From positions 1 to 64,000 of IMG/VR virus record IMGVR_UViG_2930248008_000005: a stretch of 64,000 bases of DNA; one strand, given 5' to 3'. Position numbers and translations under genes: made by a program. Under the pieces are notes generated by a model that saw only the letters and a list, made by a program, of their open reading frames with translations, searched no databases and was not told the DNA's origin. The DNA comes from a virus (taxonomy: Duplodnaviria; Caudoviricetes). This document shows, piece by piece, positions 29,405 through 39,250 of this stretch (positions within the stretch are counted from its first letter, which is position 1; each line of letters opens with the position of its first letter).

Positions 29405-30436
29405 TCAGAGGACGTCGGCGACCATGAGTCGCCGCGGGTTGGTGATCAGGGGCATGCCGACCGCGCCGACCTTGGTCCAGATCCGCAACGGGTCGCCCTC
29501 CTTGAGCACGACGCCGACGAGGCCGGGCAGCTGGGTGAACTCCAGCGACGGGTTCTGGCCGGCGGCCAGCTCCAGGGACTCGGCGGTCACACCCCAGGCA
29601 GTGAAGCCCAGGGAGCTGGGGTCGGCCGGGAGGAAGATGATCCGGTCCTCGGCGATGACCCGGGTGTCGACGTCGTCGACGTCGATGCGGGTGTCGTACT
29701 CCACCAGCACCGGCAGGCGGTGCGCGGTGAGGACCTGGTTGAGCTGCTGCTCGGTGACCAGCGTCGGCACGCCAGCGAGACTGCCGGCCAGCTCCCGGAT
29801 CTCCCGCGACATCAGCAGGTTGCTGATGACGGTGGAGGAGGTGAGCATGTAGGCCGGCCGCACGCCGTTGGCGTCGACGTAGTTCTTGACCCACGCCTTC
29901 AGGTCCGTCAGCGGGCTGGCGTCGGCGTGGTCGGACCACACGACGCTGGCCGTGACGGCGTGACCCGCGGGCATCCCGAAGTCGGCCTCCAGGCTGAGGT
30001 TGCCCTCGCCGGTCAGCGTGAACTTCCAGTCCTGGAGCACGTCGCCGCGGGCGATCTCCATGCGGTTGTAGACCGCGCGGGCGTTGTTGGCCGCGTCGTC
30101 GTAGATCGCGTCCACGTAGCCGTTGCGGTTGTCGCCGCCGGTGCGGATGCGCTCCAGCAGCAGGCGCTCCTGCTCGCCGATCGGGGTCTTGACTCCGAGC
30201 GGGGGCAGCTTGATGCGCGAGCGCTGGAAGCGGTCCCGCTCGCCGACCTTGGTCTCGGCGTCCCAGGCGCGGAAGCTCGCGGCCCGGTTGACCTTGGTGA
30301 CCTGGTCGAACGCCGCCTCGATGTCCGCGATGTAGCGGTCGGGGAGGAAGCGGTTGAGGATCAGCTCCGCCGGGGCGGGGACCTCACGGACGAAACCGGT
30401 CAGGACGGCCGGCTCGATGTACTCATCGACGATCAT
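29405..30436 (-). CDS. Major capsid protein (lambda gpE-like)
   Basis: 343 aa; after the decoration gene; LPPLG, W.D...A.PL.DL..W motifs. Confidence 0.88.
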   Translation of the reverse strand: MIVDEYIEPAVLTGFVREVPAPAELILNRFLPDRYIADIEAAFDQVTKVNRAASFRAWDAETKVGERDRFQRSRIKLPPLGVKTPIGEQERLLLERIRTGGDNRNGYVDAIYDDAANNARAVYNRMEIARGDVLQDWKFTLTGEGNLSLEADFGMPAGHAVTASVVWSDHADASPLTDLKAWVKNYVDANGVRPAYMLTSSTVISNLLMSREIRELAGSLAGVPTLVTEQQLNQVLTAHRLPVLVEYDTRIDVDDVDTRVIAEDRIIFLPADPSSLGFTAWGVTAESLELAAGQNPSLEFTQLPGLVGVVLKEGDPLRIWTKVGAVGMPLITNPRRLMVADVL

Positions 30437-30453
30437 GGTTTAGTTGCCGCCCC

Positions 30454-30846
30454 TCACTGGAACCGGAACTTGGCGGCGAGGTCCGTGCGGGCCGCGGCGT
30501 CGAGGCCGCTGTTGGCCGGCAACTTCGCCGTGCGGATGACGCCCCGCCAGTGCAGGGGGGCGCCGACCCGCGGGCCGCCCGTACGCATCGGGGTCGAGTT
30601 GAAGAGGAAGCCCTCGGCCACTTCCTGGCCGTTGGTCTTGGTGTTGTCGTAGGGCCCGTAGAAGCCGGTCGCGGTGACCTTCGCCAGGACCGTTCCCGAC
30701 GGCACGAAGCCGTCCGGGAAGTGCGTGGCGGCCGTGAACAGGGCCGGGTCGAGGGTGATTCCCTGGGTGACCTCAGTGCCGTCGCGCGAGCCGAGCCACG
30801 CCCGGTTCTCGACGACGTAGGCCTCCGTCTGGAGGGAGATGTCCAT
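30454..30846 (-). CDS. Head decoration protein
   Basis: PSGTVL.K.TATG.YGPYD.....GQE...GFL motif. Confidence 0.85.
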   Translation of the reverse strand: MDISLQTEAYVVENRAWLGSRDGTEVTQGITLDPALFTAATHFPDGFVPSGTVLAKVTATGFYGPYDNTKTNGQEVAEGFLFNSTPMRTGGPRVGAPLHWRGVIRTAKLPANSGLDAAARTDLAAKFRFQ

Positions 30847-30894
30847 GCTGGACGTGTCCTTTCGAATGCTGGAGGCGCCCAGCGCGGACCGCGG

Positions 30895-31809
30895 CTACTG
30901 CGCGGGCGCGGGCTGCTTCGCGGTGCCGAAGCGCTGCTGGGCGATGAGCCGGCCGGCCTCCAGGCCGTTCGGCTTGCTGGTCGTCGGCGTGCCCTGGCCC
31001 ATGTCGAGCGGAGAAGCCGGGGCGCCCGTGGCGGGCGGCGCGGCGGGGGCGGCCGGAGCCGGCGTGGTCGCCGGCGGCGGAGCCTGCACGGCCGGTGCGG
31101 CCTGCACAGGCGCGGCCACCGAGGCCCAGGCGTTCACCTTGGCGGTGTCGACCCGGAGCCCGTCGGCCGCGAGGAACTGCTTGCGATCGAGCGGGGAGAT
31201 CAGCGCGGTCTTCTGCTCCGGTGTCAGCCGGTCGCCGAGGGCCGCGATCATGAACTGCTCGACGAGCTGGGCGCCGGACTCCGCCAGTGCGGCGGCCCGG
31301 CCCTCCTGACGCGCGGCCTCCACCGCGCGCTGCTGCTCGGTCATCGAGGCCTGTCGGAGCTGCTCCAGCTCCGCGGCCTGGGCCTTGAGCTGGTCGTAGT
31401 CGGACATGGACTCGGCGCGGCTCTGCCACTTGCGCGAGTGGTAGCGCCAGTACGCGGCCTGCTGCCCTTCGGTCATCTGCGCCAGCGGCGTGCCCTCGGG
31501 GAATCCGTGCTCACCGTTGCCCGTGGCGGGCGCGGGGTTGGGCTGCGGAACCGGAGGGTTCGTCGGCGGCTGCGGCGCCGGCGCGGGGGCCGGCGGCTGC
31601 GGCGTCGGCGCAGGCGGCGTCGGGACCGGGGCAGGCGGCGTCGACGCCTGTTCGCCGGTCGGGGCCGGGGGCTCACCGGTCGGCTGGGAACCGCCCATGA
31701 CGGGCCAGATCTCGGTGCCGCGCTTGGTGACGCCGAGTGCCCGCAGAGGCTCGCCCGTGCGCGGGTGAGTCAGGTGCGGGTGAACCGGCAGGTCGGGCTG
31801 AAAACGCAT
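30895..31809 (-). CDS. Scaffolding protein
   Basis: AYWRYHSRKWQSRA, coiled coil, Pro-rich ends; position. Confidence 0.8.
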   Translation of the reverse strand: MRFQPDLPVHPHLTHPRTGEPLRALGVTKRGTEIWPVMGGSQPTGEPPAPTGEQASTPPAPVPTPPAPTPQPPAPAPAPQPPTNPPVPQPNPAPATGNGEHGFPEGTPLAQMTEGQQAAYWRYHSRKWQSRAESMSDYDQLKAQAAELEQLRQASMTEQQRAVEAARQEGRAAALAESGAQLVEQFMIAALGDRLTPEQKTALISPLDRKQFLAADGLRVDTAKVNAWASVAAPVQAAPAVQAPPPATTPAPAAPAAPPATGAPASPLDMGQGTPTTSKPNGLEAGRLIAQQRFGTAKQPAPAQ

Positions 31810-31900
31810 GATCTCCCCATGTCGGGTTGGTCGGATAAGCGCCCATGGCGGGCATGAAAAAACCCGCCTCGATGGGCGGGTGAGCGGCGCGTTGCGCCTG

Positions 31901-32389
31901 CTAGGAGCCGGAGATGATGCCCCGGGCTCGAAGGGCGACCAGCAAGGCGTTGAAGTCCGCCACCAAGCCGGCGATGTCCGTTGCGGTGCTGTTGTTGACG
32001 GCAGTCGCCGAACCGGTAAGCAGCCCAGCGTGTCCGTGGCTGCCAGCGGCGGCCTGCTGCGCCCCGGTGCCCAGCGTGCGCACCGACGCAGTCGCTGCCG
32101 CCTGGTCGGCGGTCAGACCGGCGTGGCTGTGGTTACCGGCGGCGGCCTGCTGCGCCCCGGTGCCGAGCGTGCGCACCGAGGCTGTTCCTGCCGCCTGGTC
32201 GGCGGTCAGGCCAGCGTGGCTGTGGTTACCGGCGGCTGCGGTGGTGGCTGTTGTGCCCAGCGAGCGCAGGCTGGCGACGCCCGCCGCGGCGTTGGCGGCC
32301 AGCGGGTCGCTGCCGCCCGGCTCGTGAGTGGCGGCGTGCGCTTCCAGGGCGCCGTCGCCTGCGGCCGGTCCGTACACGGTGCGGGTCAC
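31901..32389 (-). CDS. Head-fibre-like protein with 31-aa (93-bp) tandem repeats
   Basis: SVRTLGTGAQQAAAGNHSHAGLTADQAA repeated about 3 times; C-terminal LVADFNALLVALRARGII. Confidence 0.7.
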   Translation of the reverse strand: MTRTVYGPAAGDGALEAHAATHEPGGSDPLAANAAAGVASLRSLGTTATTAAAGNHSHAGLTADQAAGTASVRTLGTGAQQAAAGNHSHAGLTADQAAATASVRTLGTGAQQAAAGSHGHAGLLTGSATAVNNSTATDIAGLVADFNALLVALRARGIISGS

Positions 32390-32664
32390 GCGATCCCCCT
32401 CACCGACACCCGGGGCGTCCCGGTGGAGATGAGCTTGACGATCGTGTTGCCGCTGGTCCTGGGGTGCACGATCAGACCACCGATGACTGCGGGGATCACC
32501 TGCGAGCCGGTGCCGCCTACGGTCGGGTTCTGTCCGTCGGTGCGGAAGTAGACGGCTTCGGCACCGTCTACGTTCAGGACCTCCACCTCGGGGAAGTCCT
32601 CGTCGAAGGTCAGCGTGGTGACGGTGTTCGCGGCCAAGGTCGCGTGCTGCGGAGATCCGGCCAT
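32386..32664 (-). CDS. Small beta-rich hypothetical protein
   Basis: GAGG RBS; overlap coupling with next gene. Confidence 0.7.
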   Translation of the reverse strand: MAGSPQHATLAANTVTTLTFDEDFPEVEVLNVDGAEAVYFRTDGQNPTVGGTGSQVIPAVIGGLIVHPRTSGNTIVKLISTGTPRVSVRGIA

Positions 32665-32727
32665 GTCACACCACCTCTCGTGATGCGGCGGGGTTGGGAA
32701 CTGGCATGTCGCGACCGGATCCGTCGC

Positions 32728-33135
32728 CTAGGCGGACGCCGGCCGCTCCGCGGTGACCCGGGCGCGTCGACTCGCCTCGCACATCCACCGCACGGTGTCC
32801 TCGTGGGGCCGCTGCGGGACCGTGACGCCGTGGACGTGGAACGACGTGCGCGCGGCCACGTGCTCGTCGAGTCGGCGAGAGATCAGCTCGTCGAGCTGGC
32901 GGACGATCTCCGTCAGCATCTCGGCGGACGCCGTCGGCTCCTCGATCTCCACCGGTTCGCGGGAGACGAGACCGCCAGCGGCACCCACGGATCGCGCGAA
33001 CTCGTCGAACCGGCGCGCGAACGCATCGCCCTGGGAGGTGCCGGCGGCCGGATGTCCGTCCACGACGAGCAGGAAGCGGTTGTGCATCGCTCCGTCGATC
33101 ATCTGGTCGGGAAGGTTCATGACCTGAATGCGCAC
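32728..33135 (-). CDS. Hypothetical protein
   Basis: ORF co-oriented within the head module. Confidence 0.55.
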   Translation of the reverse strand: MRIQVMNLPDQMIDGAMHNRFLLVVDGHPAAGTSQGDAFARRFDEFARSVGAAGGLVSREPVEIEEPTASAEMLTEIVRQLDELISRRLDEHVAARTSFHVHGVTVPQRPHEDTVRWMCEASRRARVTAERPASA

Positions 33136-33232
33136 GTCGGCGGGACTCCAAGCTGGGACGCGTGGGGATGGAGAAGGGCCGGACGGCGCGCATCCCCTCG
33201 CGCCGCCCGACCCTGGTCTGTGGACGTGACGG

Positions 33233-34540
33233 CTACACGCGGGCCAGCTGCCCGCGCACGTCGTCGATGAGCCGGTCGGCGTGCTCGATGGCCAGCGCCA
33301 GGTTCTGCTCGCCGGCGAGATAGCGGCGGCGCAGGTCGGCGGCGTACCGCTCCAGGCCGGGCAGGCGCTCCTCGGGCGGCAGCACCCGGTAGCGTCGCTG
33401 CGCCCGGGCGGCCTGCTTGGCGGTGCGTCGACGGGAACGGCCCCGCTTCAGGGTGTCTGGGGCCTCGGCCACGATCGGACCCAGCTCGCCGTCCTCGGTA
33501 ACGACCACCCTGACGTACTTCAGGGCGCCGAACTGCCGCTTGCCGCCGCCGGTGCTGCCGGCAGCCTTGTACAGCCGCTGCAGGTCCTCGTCGTTGAGCT
33601 GCAACCCCGGGTCCGCGGTGCGCCGCACCGGCAGGACTGCGCAGTTGCAGTTGGCGTGGATCTCCTTGAGGTGCTCGCGGTGGTAGAGCCGGTCGGCCGC
33701 CACCACACACAAGCCGCACGAGAGCTTGCTCTTCGACAGCTCGGGCCGCAGGATCCGACGCCAGCCGATGATCTCCCGGTCGTCGAGCTGGGTGAAGAAC
33801 TCGTGCTCCTGCTCGCGGGCGGCCAGCGCGATGTCGGTCTTGGCGATGGTCTCCGCCCGGTCGAGCGCGGCCTTCTTCGCCTTCTCCTTCGTCACGCCCG
33901 TCGACACCTGGTAGCGGTACTCGGCGGCGATGCGCGAGTAGACCTCGACCATGTCGATCGGCTCGAAGTCGCCCAGCCGCGGATCCGGCTCGCGCAGCAC
34001 AGGGCGGCGCGGCCGGTCGACGTCCTCGCGCTCGGGCTCCACGTCCGGGTCGAACGCCGGGTCCTCCCAGATCCCGTCGTCGTCCCAGGTGTCGTCGTCG
34101 GCCCACACATCGTCGTCGAACGGGTAGTCGTCGTCGAAGTAGTCGCCGATGCCCAGCTCGCCGGACGGAATGACCTCCAGGTCGTCGATGTCGTCGACCA
34201 CGTCGGCCAGCTCGTCGGTGAGGGCTCGCCGCAGCCGGGTGACATCCACCGCGCCGACCGGACGGTGCGTCCGGCCGGTCATCGTGGTCATCACCCGCGC
34301 CAGGTAGGCGTCGGTGACCTCAGCCATGCGCCGCTGCGCGGGCTGCACCACCCGCAGCGCCTCCAGGGCGGCCACGGCGATCAGCCCGGTGTCGTACCAG
34401 TTGCGCAGCACCCGGAACGGCGCCAGCGCACCTGTCACCGCGAGCTGCGTGAGCTGCTCCCGGATCGTCGCGTACGTCTCGACCAGCGCGTAGATCTGCG
34501 CCAGCTCGGCGGCCGTGAGCTGACCGTCGCGGGTGGGCAC
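33233..34540 (-). CDS. Minor capsid / MuF-like protein
   Basis: WRRILRPELS...CGLC.VAADR.Y....L..IH.NC.C motif; follows portal. Confidence 0.8.
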   Translation of the reverse strand: MPTRDGQLTAAELAQIYALVETYATIREQLTQLAVTGALAPFRVLRNWYDTGLIAVAALEALRVVQPAQRRMAEVTDAYLARVMTTMTGRTHRPVGAVDVTRLRRALTDELADVVDDIDDLEVIPSGELGIGDYFDDDYPFDDDVWADDDTWDDDGIWEDPAFDPDVEPEREDVDRPRRPVLREPDPRLGDFEPIDMVEVYSRIAAEYRYQVSTGVTKEKAKKAALDRAETIAKTDIALAAREQEHEFFTQLDDREIIGWRRILRPELSKSKLSCGLCVVAADRLYHREHLKEIHANCNCAVLPVRRTADPGLQLNDEDLQRLYKAAGSTGGGKRQFGALKYVRVVVTEDGELGPIVAEAPDTLKRGRSRRRTAKQAARAQRRYRVLPPEERLPGLERYAADLRRRYLAGEQNLALAIEHADRLIDDVRGQLARV

Positions 34541-34541
34541 G

Positions 34542-36146
34542 TCAGCTCACCTCCGCGCGGCTCCTCCTGGCTGTCGGCAAGCCCTGCGTCGGGTTGGCCA
34601 GCGGGTCATCCGGCGTCGGAACGTCCGGCACGCCCGGCGCGGCGCGACCGCGCTGCGGCCGAGAGCCCGGCGGACCCTGTGGCGCCAGATCTGTGCCTGC
34701 CAGCTGCGCGGCCTGCGCGGCCAGCTGAGCCTCGAAAAGCAGCTCGTCGGCGCGCTCCGCGGCCATCCGGTCGATGTCGCCGGGCGAGAACTCCCAGATC
34801 GTCGACATGCGGGTGCGCCACGGGATGTCGGTGGCCTTGCTCGCGGAGTCCGCGCGCTCGATCAGTGACAGCCGGTGCGGGGAGCGCCACAGCACCTGCA
34901 GCTTGGCGAGGTCTGCGCGATCGACCTGGCGCAGCTGCTCGAAGGCGAGGCTCATCACCCACGCCCACGGGTGGGACGTGCGGGTGATCCGGTCCTCGAC
35001 CTTGAACACCAGCTCCTCGCGCTGCAGCATCGCGCCCTCGGCGCTCTGGTTCGCGCCGCTCGGCATGAAGCTGTGCATCGGGGTCTTGGACACGCCGGCG
35101 AGCGTCTGGATGTCGTCCTTGACGGCGCTGAGGATGCCAGTCAGGTCGACCTGGCCGGACTCCCAGATGTCGGCGCTGGCCGGCAGCAGCCAGAGCGCCG
35201 CCGGGTCCATGGAGAAGACCTGGCTGTAGTCGATCCTCTGGCCCGCCTTCGGGTGTCCCGCCGGGTACTCCAGCGGGACGCCTTTCACGGCCCGCTGCTT
35301 GTAGGCCTGCAGGACGGTGATCGTCATCCGCTGCAAGATCACGTTGTTGATCCGGTTGAGCAGATCGATGTGCTGCTCGAACTCGCCGAGCCCGTCCTCG
35401 TTGACGAACCGGACCACCGGCATGCGGTTGTGCGGGAGCGTCTGCCCCTCCGCCCCGCCGCGCTCGGTGTCCCAGTCCCAGGTGCGCGGATCGAACGACA
35501 GCACCAGCGACGAAAGCACCTGGTGGGGCGAACGATCGGTCGGCGCCCACCCGGCCAGGCCGAGCCTGCTCTTCCGTGTCGCCACGTAGACCTTGCCCGG
35601 CAGGTAGACGTACGCGCGGTCAACGCCGTCGACGTCGTCATGCTGGATCTTGAGCGCCGCCAGTGGGCGCCACGGGATCCGAGGGTCCGGCTCGGCGACC
35701 ATCGTCCGCGGGTCTTCGGCGGTGATAACCGGAGCGCCGGTCTCCTCGTCGACGGGGCCCACGATGACGTAGGCCTCACCCATCGTCAGCATCATGCGGT
35801 GCAGGTCGGCCGAGCGGACGTCCATGCCGGCGCGCTTCCACAGCGCGGCGGCGTCGGCGTCACCGGTCTCGTCGTCGTCCACCGCGGTCCTGAATCCAGT
35901 CGGCGTCATCCGTTCCGACACCGCGCTGACGATCAGGCCCGCGAAGTTCGAGCGGCTCTGCTTGAGGAAGATCCGGAAGCTCTCTCGGGCCGCTTCCAGC
36001 CCGTCGGGCAGAGGGGCCTCGCCGCGGCCGAAGTCGTACAGCAGCTGTAGCCGGTTGCGCCGGTTGCGGTCCGCGAGCTGGTTGAACAGCCTGTGCAGCC
36101 ACCACCCCGGAGAGCGCCGCTGACTGACGTCGATCGCCACCGACAC
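34542..36146 (-). CDS. Portal protein (SPP1 gp6-like)
   Basis: NFAGLIVSAVSER, GEFE.HIDLL.RIN, NQSAEG motifs; position. Confidence 0.9.
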   Translation of the reverse strand: MSVAIDVSQRRSPGWWLHRLFNQLADRNRRNRLQLLYDFGRGEAPLPDGLEAARESFRIFLKQSRSNFAGLIVSAVSERMTPTGFRTAVDDDETGDADAAALWKRAGMDVRSADLHRMMLTMGEAYVIVGPVDEETGAPVITAEDPRTMVAEPDPRIPWRPLAALKIQHDDVDGVDRAYVYLPGKVYVATRKSRLGLAGWAPTDRSPHQVLSSLVLSFDPRTWDWDTERGGAEGQTLPHNRMPVVRFVNEDGLGEFEQHIDLLNRINNVILQRMTITVLQAYKQRAVKGVPLEYPAGHPKAGQRIDYSQVFSMDPAALWLLPASADIWESGQVDLTGILSAVKDDIQTLAGVSKTPMHSFMPSGANQSAEGAMLQREELVFKVEDRITRTSHPWAWVMSLAFEQLRQVDRADLAKLQVLWRSPHRLSLIERADSASKATDIPWRTRMSTIWEFSPGDIDRMAAERADELLFEAQLAAQAAQLAGTDLAPQGPPGSRPQRGRAAPGVPDVPTPDDPLANPTQGLPTARRSRAEVS

Positions 36147-36242
36147 CCCCTCTCGGGCTGGTTGCTGCACTCAGGCCCACAACACCGTCTCGGGACGCAC
36201 TGGGCGGTGGACTGGCCCGCCGGCTCGCATCTGGCGGGCCGG

Positions 36243-36638
36243 TCACTTTTCGCGGCCCTGCAAGGCCAGCTCGCCGGCGCGCTCGATGGCGCGCCAGCAG
36301 GCGGGGTGGTTCCGGAGACATCGCCCGGCATGCCACCGGGCGTCGCACACGGCGCAGCAGCCCGGCAGGTCGTAGTCGATCTGTGGCCAGCGGCGCCCGC
36401 TGCGCACCCTGCGACTCAGCGCCACATCCCATGGCGCCGGCAGCGGAGCCCACCTGTCGAAGGCGACGCATGCGGCCGTCCAGGCGCTCTGCAGCTCGCT
36501 CTCGATGCTCCAGCGCAACCAGTCCATCGGCCCGCCGAAGACGCCCGCAGGATGCCCGCGCGCAGCGGCCCATCGGGCGCGCCGGCGGGCCTGGCGATAG
36601 TCGCGGAGGATGATCACGGGCACCCCCTCAGCGGACAC
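36243..36638 (-). CDS. Hypothetical protein between terminase and portal
   Basis: Overlaps the terminase stop; Cys/His cluster. Confidence 0.5.
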   Translation of the reverse strand: MSAEGVPVIILRDYRQARRRARWAAARGHPAGVFGGPMDWLRWSIESELQSAWTAACVAFDRWAPLPAPWDVALSRRVRSGRRWPQIDYDLPGCCAVCDARWHAGRCLRNHPACWRAIERAGELALQGREK

Positions 36639-38325
36639 GCATCGGGACGAAGCTCATCCCGTCGTCAGCGCCGACGCCGGCCGCGACGCAGTCGCCCCGA
36701 GCTTCGTAGGCGAGCACGGCAGCCATGGCACCATCGATCTTTTTCGGACTTTTCGGAAAATCCTTCGAGATGGTGATGCCCGCCCGAGAGACGCGACGGC
36801 GAGCATTAAGAACGTGCGTCTTCAGCGTTGACGCGCGGGCCTTGGCGTCCTCGTCGTCCAGCTCGAACTCGGGGGTGTAGGACAGTGTCTGCAACTGGAC
36901 CGCCTCGTAGAAGCGCTCCAGGGCGGCCACGATCGCCCGAGGTCGGTTCGTCCACCATTCCAAGGGTCGACCCTGGGTGGCCTTGACGAGCATCTGCTCG
37001 CCGTACTCCGAGGTCCACTTGTCGCACCACTCCTGCATGTACGGCGGGTCCATGAAGAAGGCCGCGACGCGGAAGCGCTGCATCGTGCTCGTTACCAGGG
37101 CGTCGACAGCGGCGCTGTCCACGCGCCAGTCGTCGCCGAGGTAGTCGGCCGGCCGCTGGAAGACGCCGAGAAGCTCCAGATGCCCGTCGGAGATCCTGCA
37201 GGCAACGAGCGCGACCGCATCGTCCCGGACGGCGCCGTCGAGTCCGAGCGCGACCAGGTCGCCGTCGACGAGGCGCTTGTCCGGACGCTTGCACGCCGCC
37301 CACTCCTCTGCCGCGATCCAGGCGTCGGATGCCGAGGTCTGGGCGTTCAGGAAGTACCGACGGGAGTCCGCGACCTGCTTGCGCGGGTCGTAGAACTCGT
37401 CGATGATCGCTTCGATGTCCTGCCAGGCAATCGCCTCGCCGAACGCTTCCTCGATCGCGACCCGCAGCTGGTCGGCCTTCGTCAGGTCGCTGACCTCGCC
37501 CCAGCGATGGTCATAGAGCAACCTCGATCGCCTGGTGCGGCCCTCCTTGATGGCCTCGGCCAACTCGAAGGTGCTCTCCGCGACGCTGTTCTCCCCAGGG
37601 GCGAACATGGTCGTCGTTTCCAGGTACCAGGTGCCCTCGGCCTTGCGCTTGAGCAGGTTGCGGCTCGTGGTGTCGTACATGCGCCGCAGCTCAGGGGTCG
37701 TATAGAGATGCGTCTCATCGAAGGCCACGAATGTTTCGAGGCCACCGTCCTTCGAGGCGGACGACGCGGTCGACGGCCGAATTTCCCCGCCCTCCGGCAG
37801 GAACACCCGGGTCAGGCCGGCGTCAACGCCAGGGACGTGCGCGAGCGGGCACGACGGGTCGGTCAGGTTGTAGTAGACCGAGTCGTAGATATTCCCGCTT
37901 TGCCCCTCTTCGGTCGCCATGATCCGGACCATCGGGTACGCCACCGGCTTGCCCATCGGCTCGCCCGGCTCGTAGCGGTAGGTGAAGCCGAGCCCCCACG
38001 GGTCCCGGTAGACTTCGCCGCCCTTCGCCCAGCCAGCGAACCGACACGGACCGAGCGCCTCGAAGAGCGCGAACCGCGCCGCCAAACCGCTTTTGTCGCA
38101 ACCCTTCGGCCGCGAGAAGAACACCGAGTCGTACGGTGAGCGGCCGTTCTCATCGAGCGCGTAGACGTCGACGACGAAGCCCATCATCTCGTCGCCGTGG
38201 CGGATCGGCTGGCCGATAACGCCGCCCCTGCCGTGGCGGACGAACCACTCCATCCAGGCATTGGCGAGCCACCCAAGGCTGCGGGTGCGGGTGGTGCCCG
38301 GGGCGCGCACCAGTGTGCGCGGCAT
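36628..38325 (-). CDS. terL: Terminase large subunit
   Basis: SRPKGCDKS Walker A, FVAFDETH Walker B, LGLDGA nuclease Asp, KKIDGAMA. Confidence 0.95.
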   Translation of the reverse strand: MPRTLVRAPGTTRTRSLGWLANAWMEWFVRHGRGGVIGQPIRHGDEMMGFVVDVYALDENGRSPYDSVFFSRPKGCDKSGLAARFALFEALGPCRFAGWAKGGEVYRDPWGLGFTYRYEPGEPMGKPVAYPMVRIMATEEGQSGNIYDSVYYNLTDPSCPLAHVPGVDAGLTRVFLPEGGEIRPSTASSASKDGGLETFVAFDETHLYTTPELRRMYDTTSRNLLKRKAEGTWYLETTTMFAPGENSVAESTFELAEAIKEGRTRRSRLLYDHRWGEVSDLTKADQLRVAIEEAFGEAIAWQDIEAIIDEFYDPRKQVADSRRYFLNAQTSASDAWIAAEEWAACKRPDKRLVDGDLVALGLDGAVRDDAVALVACRISDGHLELLGVFQRPADYLGDDWRVDSAAVDALVTSTMQRFRVAAFFMDPPYMQEWCDKWTSEYGEQMLVKATQGRPLEWWTNRPRAIVAALERFYEAVQLQTLSYTPEFELDDEDAKARASTLKTHVLNARRRVSRAGITISKDFPKSPKKIDGAMAAVLAYEARGDCVAAGVGADDGMSFVPMRVR

Positions 38326-38328
38326 GCG

Positions 38329-38808
38329 TCAGCCCGCCGCGACGCGGGCGCGACGCGAGTCGATACCCACGACGTTCCCGCCGAACTCGCCAGGAGCCGT
38401 CGCCGGCGACGGCTCCTCCTCGACCTCGTCGACCGGGTCTACGTACCGGATCATCAGCTTGCGGCGCGCCTCGCGGGTGGTGCCCATCTGGTCCTCGCGC
38501 CGGCGGATCTCGGTGCTCTTGGTCGAGTGCACGACGCCCGAGTGGTACTCGGCCCACCAGTCGTTCTTCATGTACGCCGTCTCCAGGGCGAACACCCAGT
38601 CCGACGGCTCCCAGAGAACGCAGTGCGGCATGCGACACACCTGCTCCCACCACGCCTCCACCTCGGGCAGCCACTTCGGGCCACCACGCTTGGGCTTCGG
38701 CAAGTCGAGGGACGGACCCTCGTACGGCAGGTTGACGACCTCGGTCCAGTCCCCAGAGGGGGCCCGTCCGTGCTTGTTGGCCTTGGCGGCCGGGCCGGTC
38801 TTGGCCAT
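38329..38808 (-). CDS. terS: Terminase small subunit
   Basis: Directly upstream of TerL; EIR.RE..MGTT...RRKL.IRY motif. Confidence 0.8.
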   Translation of the reverse strand: MAKTGPAAKANKHGRAPSGDWTEVVNLPYEGPSLDLPKPKRGGPKWLPEVEAWWEQVCRMPHCVLWEPSDWVFALETAYMKNDWWAEYHSGVVHSTKSTEIRRREDQMGTTREARRKLMIRYVDPVDEVEEEPSPATAPGEFGGNVVGIDSRRARVAAG

Positions 38809-38881
38809 GATGATCAACTCCCATGGCGGGAAGGAGCCGCGGCGCCCATGCCGGGGCCGCGACTCGTGGAAGGTGCAGAAG

Positions 38882-39250
38882 TCAGGGCTGCAGAAGCGGC
38901 GTCTGCGCCGTCAGCGGCACCTCGTCGAGGTGCTCGCCCTCCACCACCAGGTGCAGCAGGTGGGGATCGTTGGTGACGTACATCCGGACCGCGCGAGTCC
39001 CAGGCGGCAGCCGCAGGGCGTTGGCGAGCTGCGGCATCGAGAGCGTGACCTTCGCCCGTCGAGACGTCTCCGGCGTCAGCGCGCTCGTCAGCTCTGCGCA
39101 CGTCGAGCAGTCCCGGTGCGCCTCGACCACCGCCGGGTTCTTCGTCATCGCCCGCAGGGTCGCCCCCGGGTTCGCGCGCATGTCAGCGTGGACCTCGTCC
39201 GGCGCGAACGGGCTGTACCTGCGCATCTCCATGCCGCCGAAGCCGCTCAT
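38882..39250 (-). CDS. Hypothetical protein
   Basis: GGAGG RBS; ATGA overlap. Confidence 0.6.
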   Translation of the reverse strand: MSGFGGMEMRRYSPFAPDEVHADMRANPGATLRAMTKNPAVVEAHRDCSTCAELTSALTPETSRRAKVTLSMPQLANALRLPPGTRAVRMYVTNDPHLLHLVVEGEHLDEVPLTAQTPLLQP

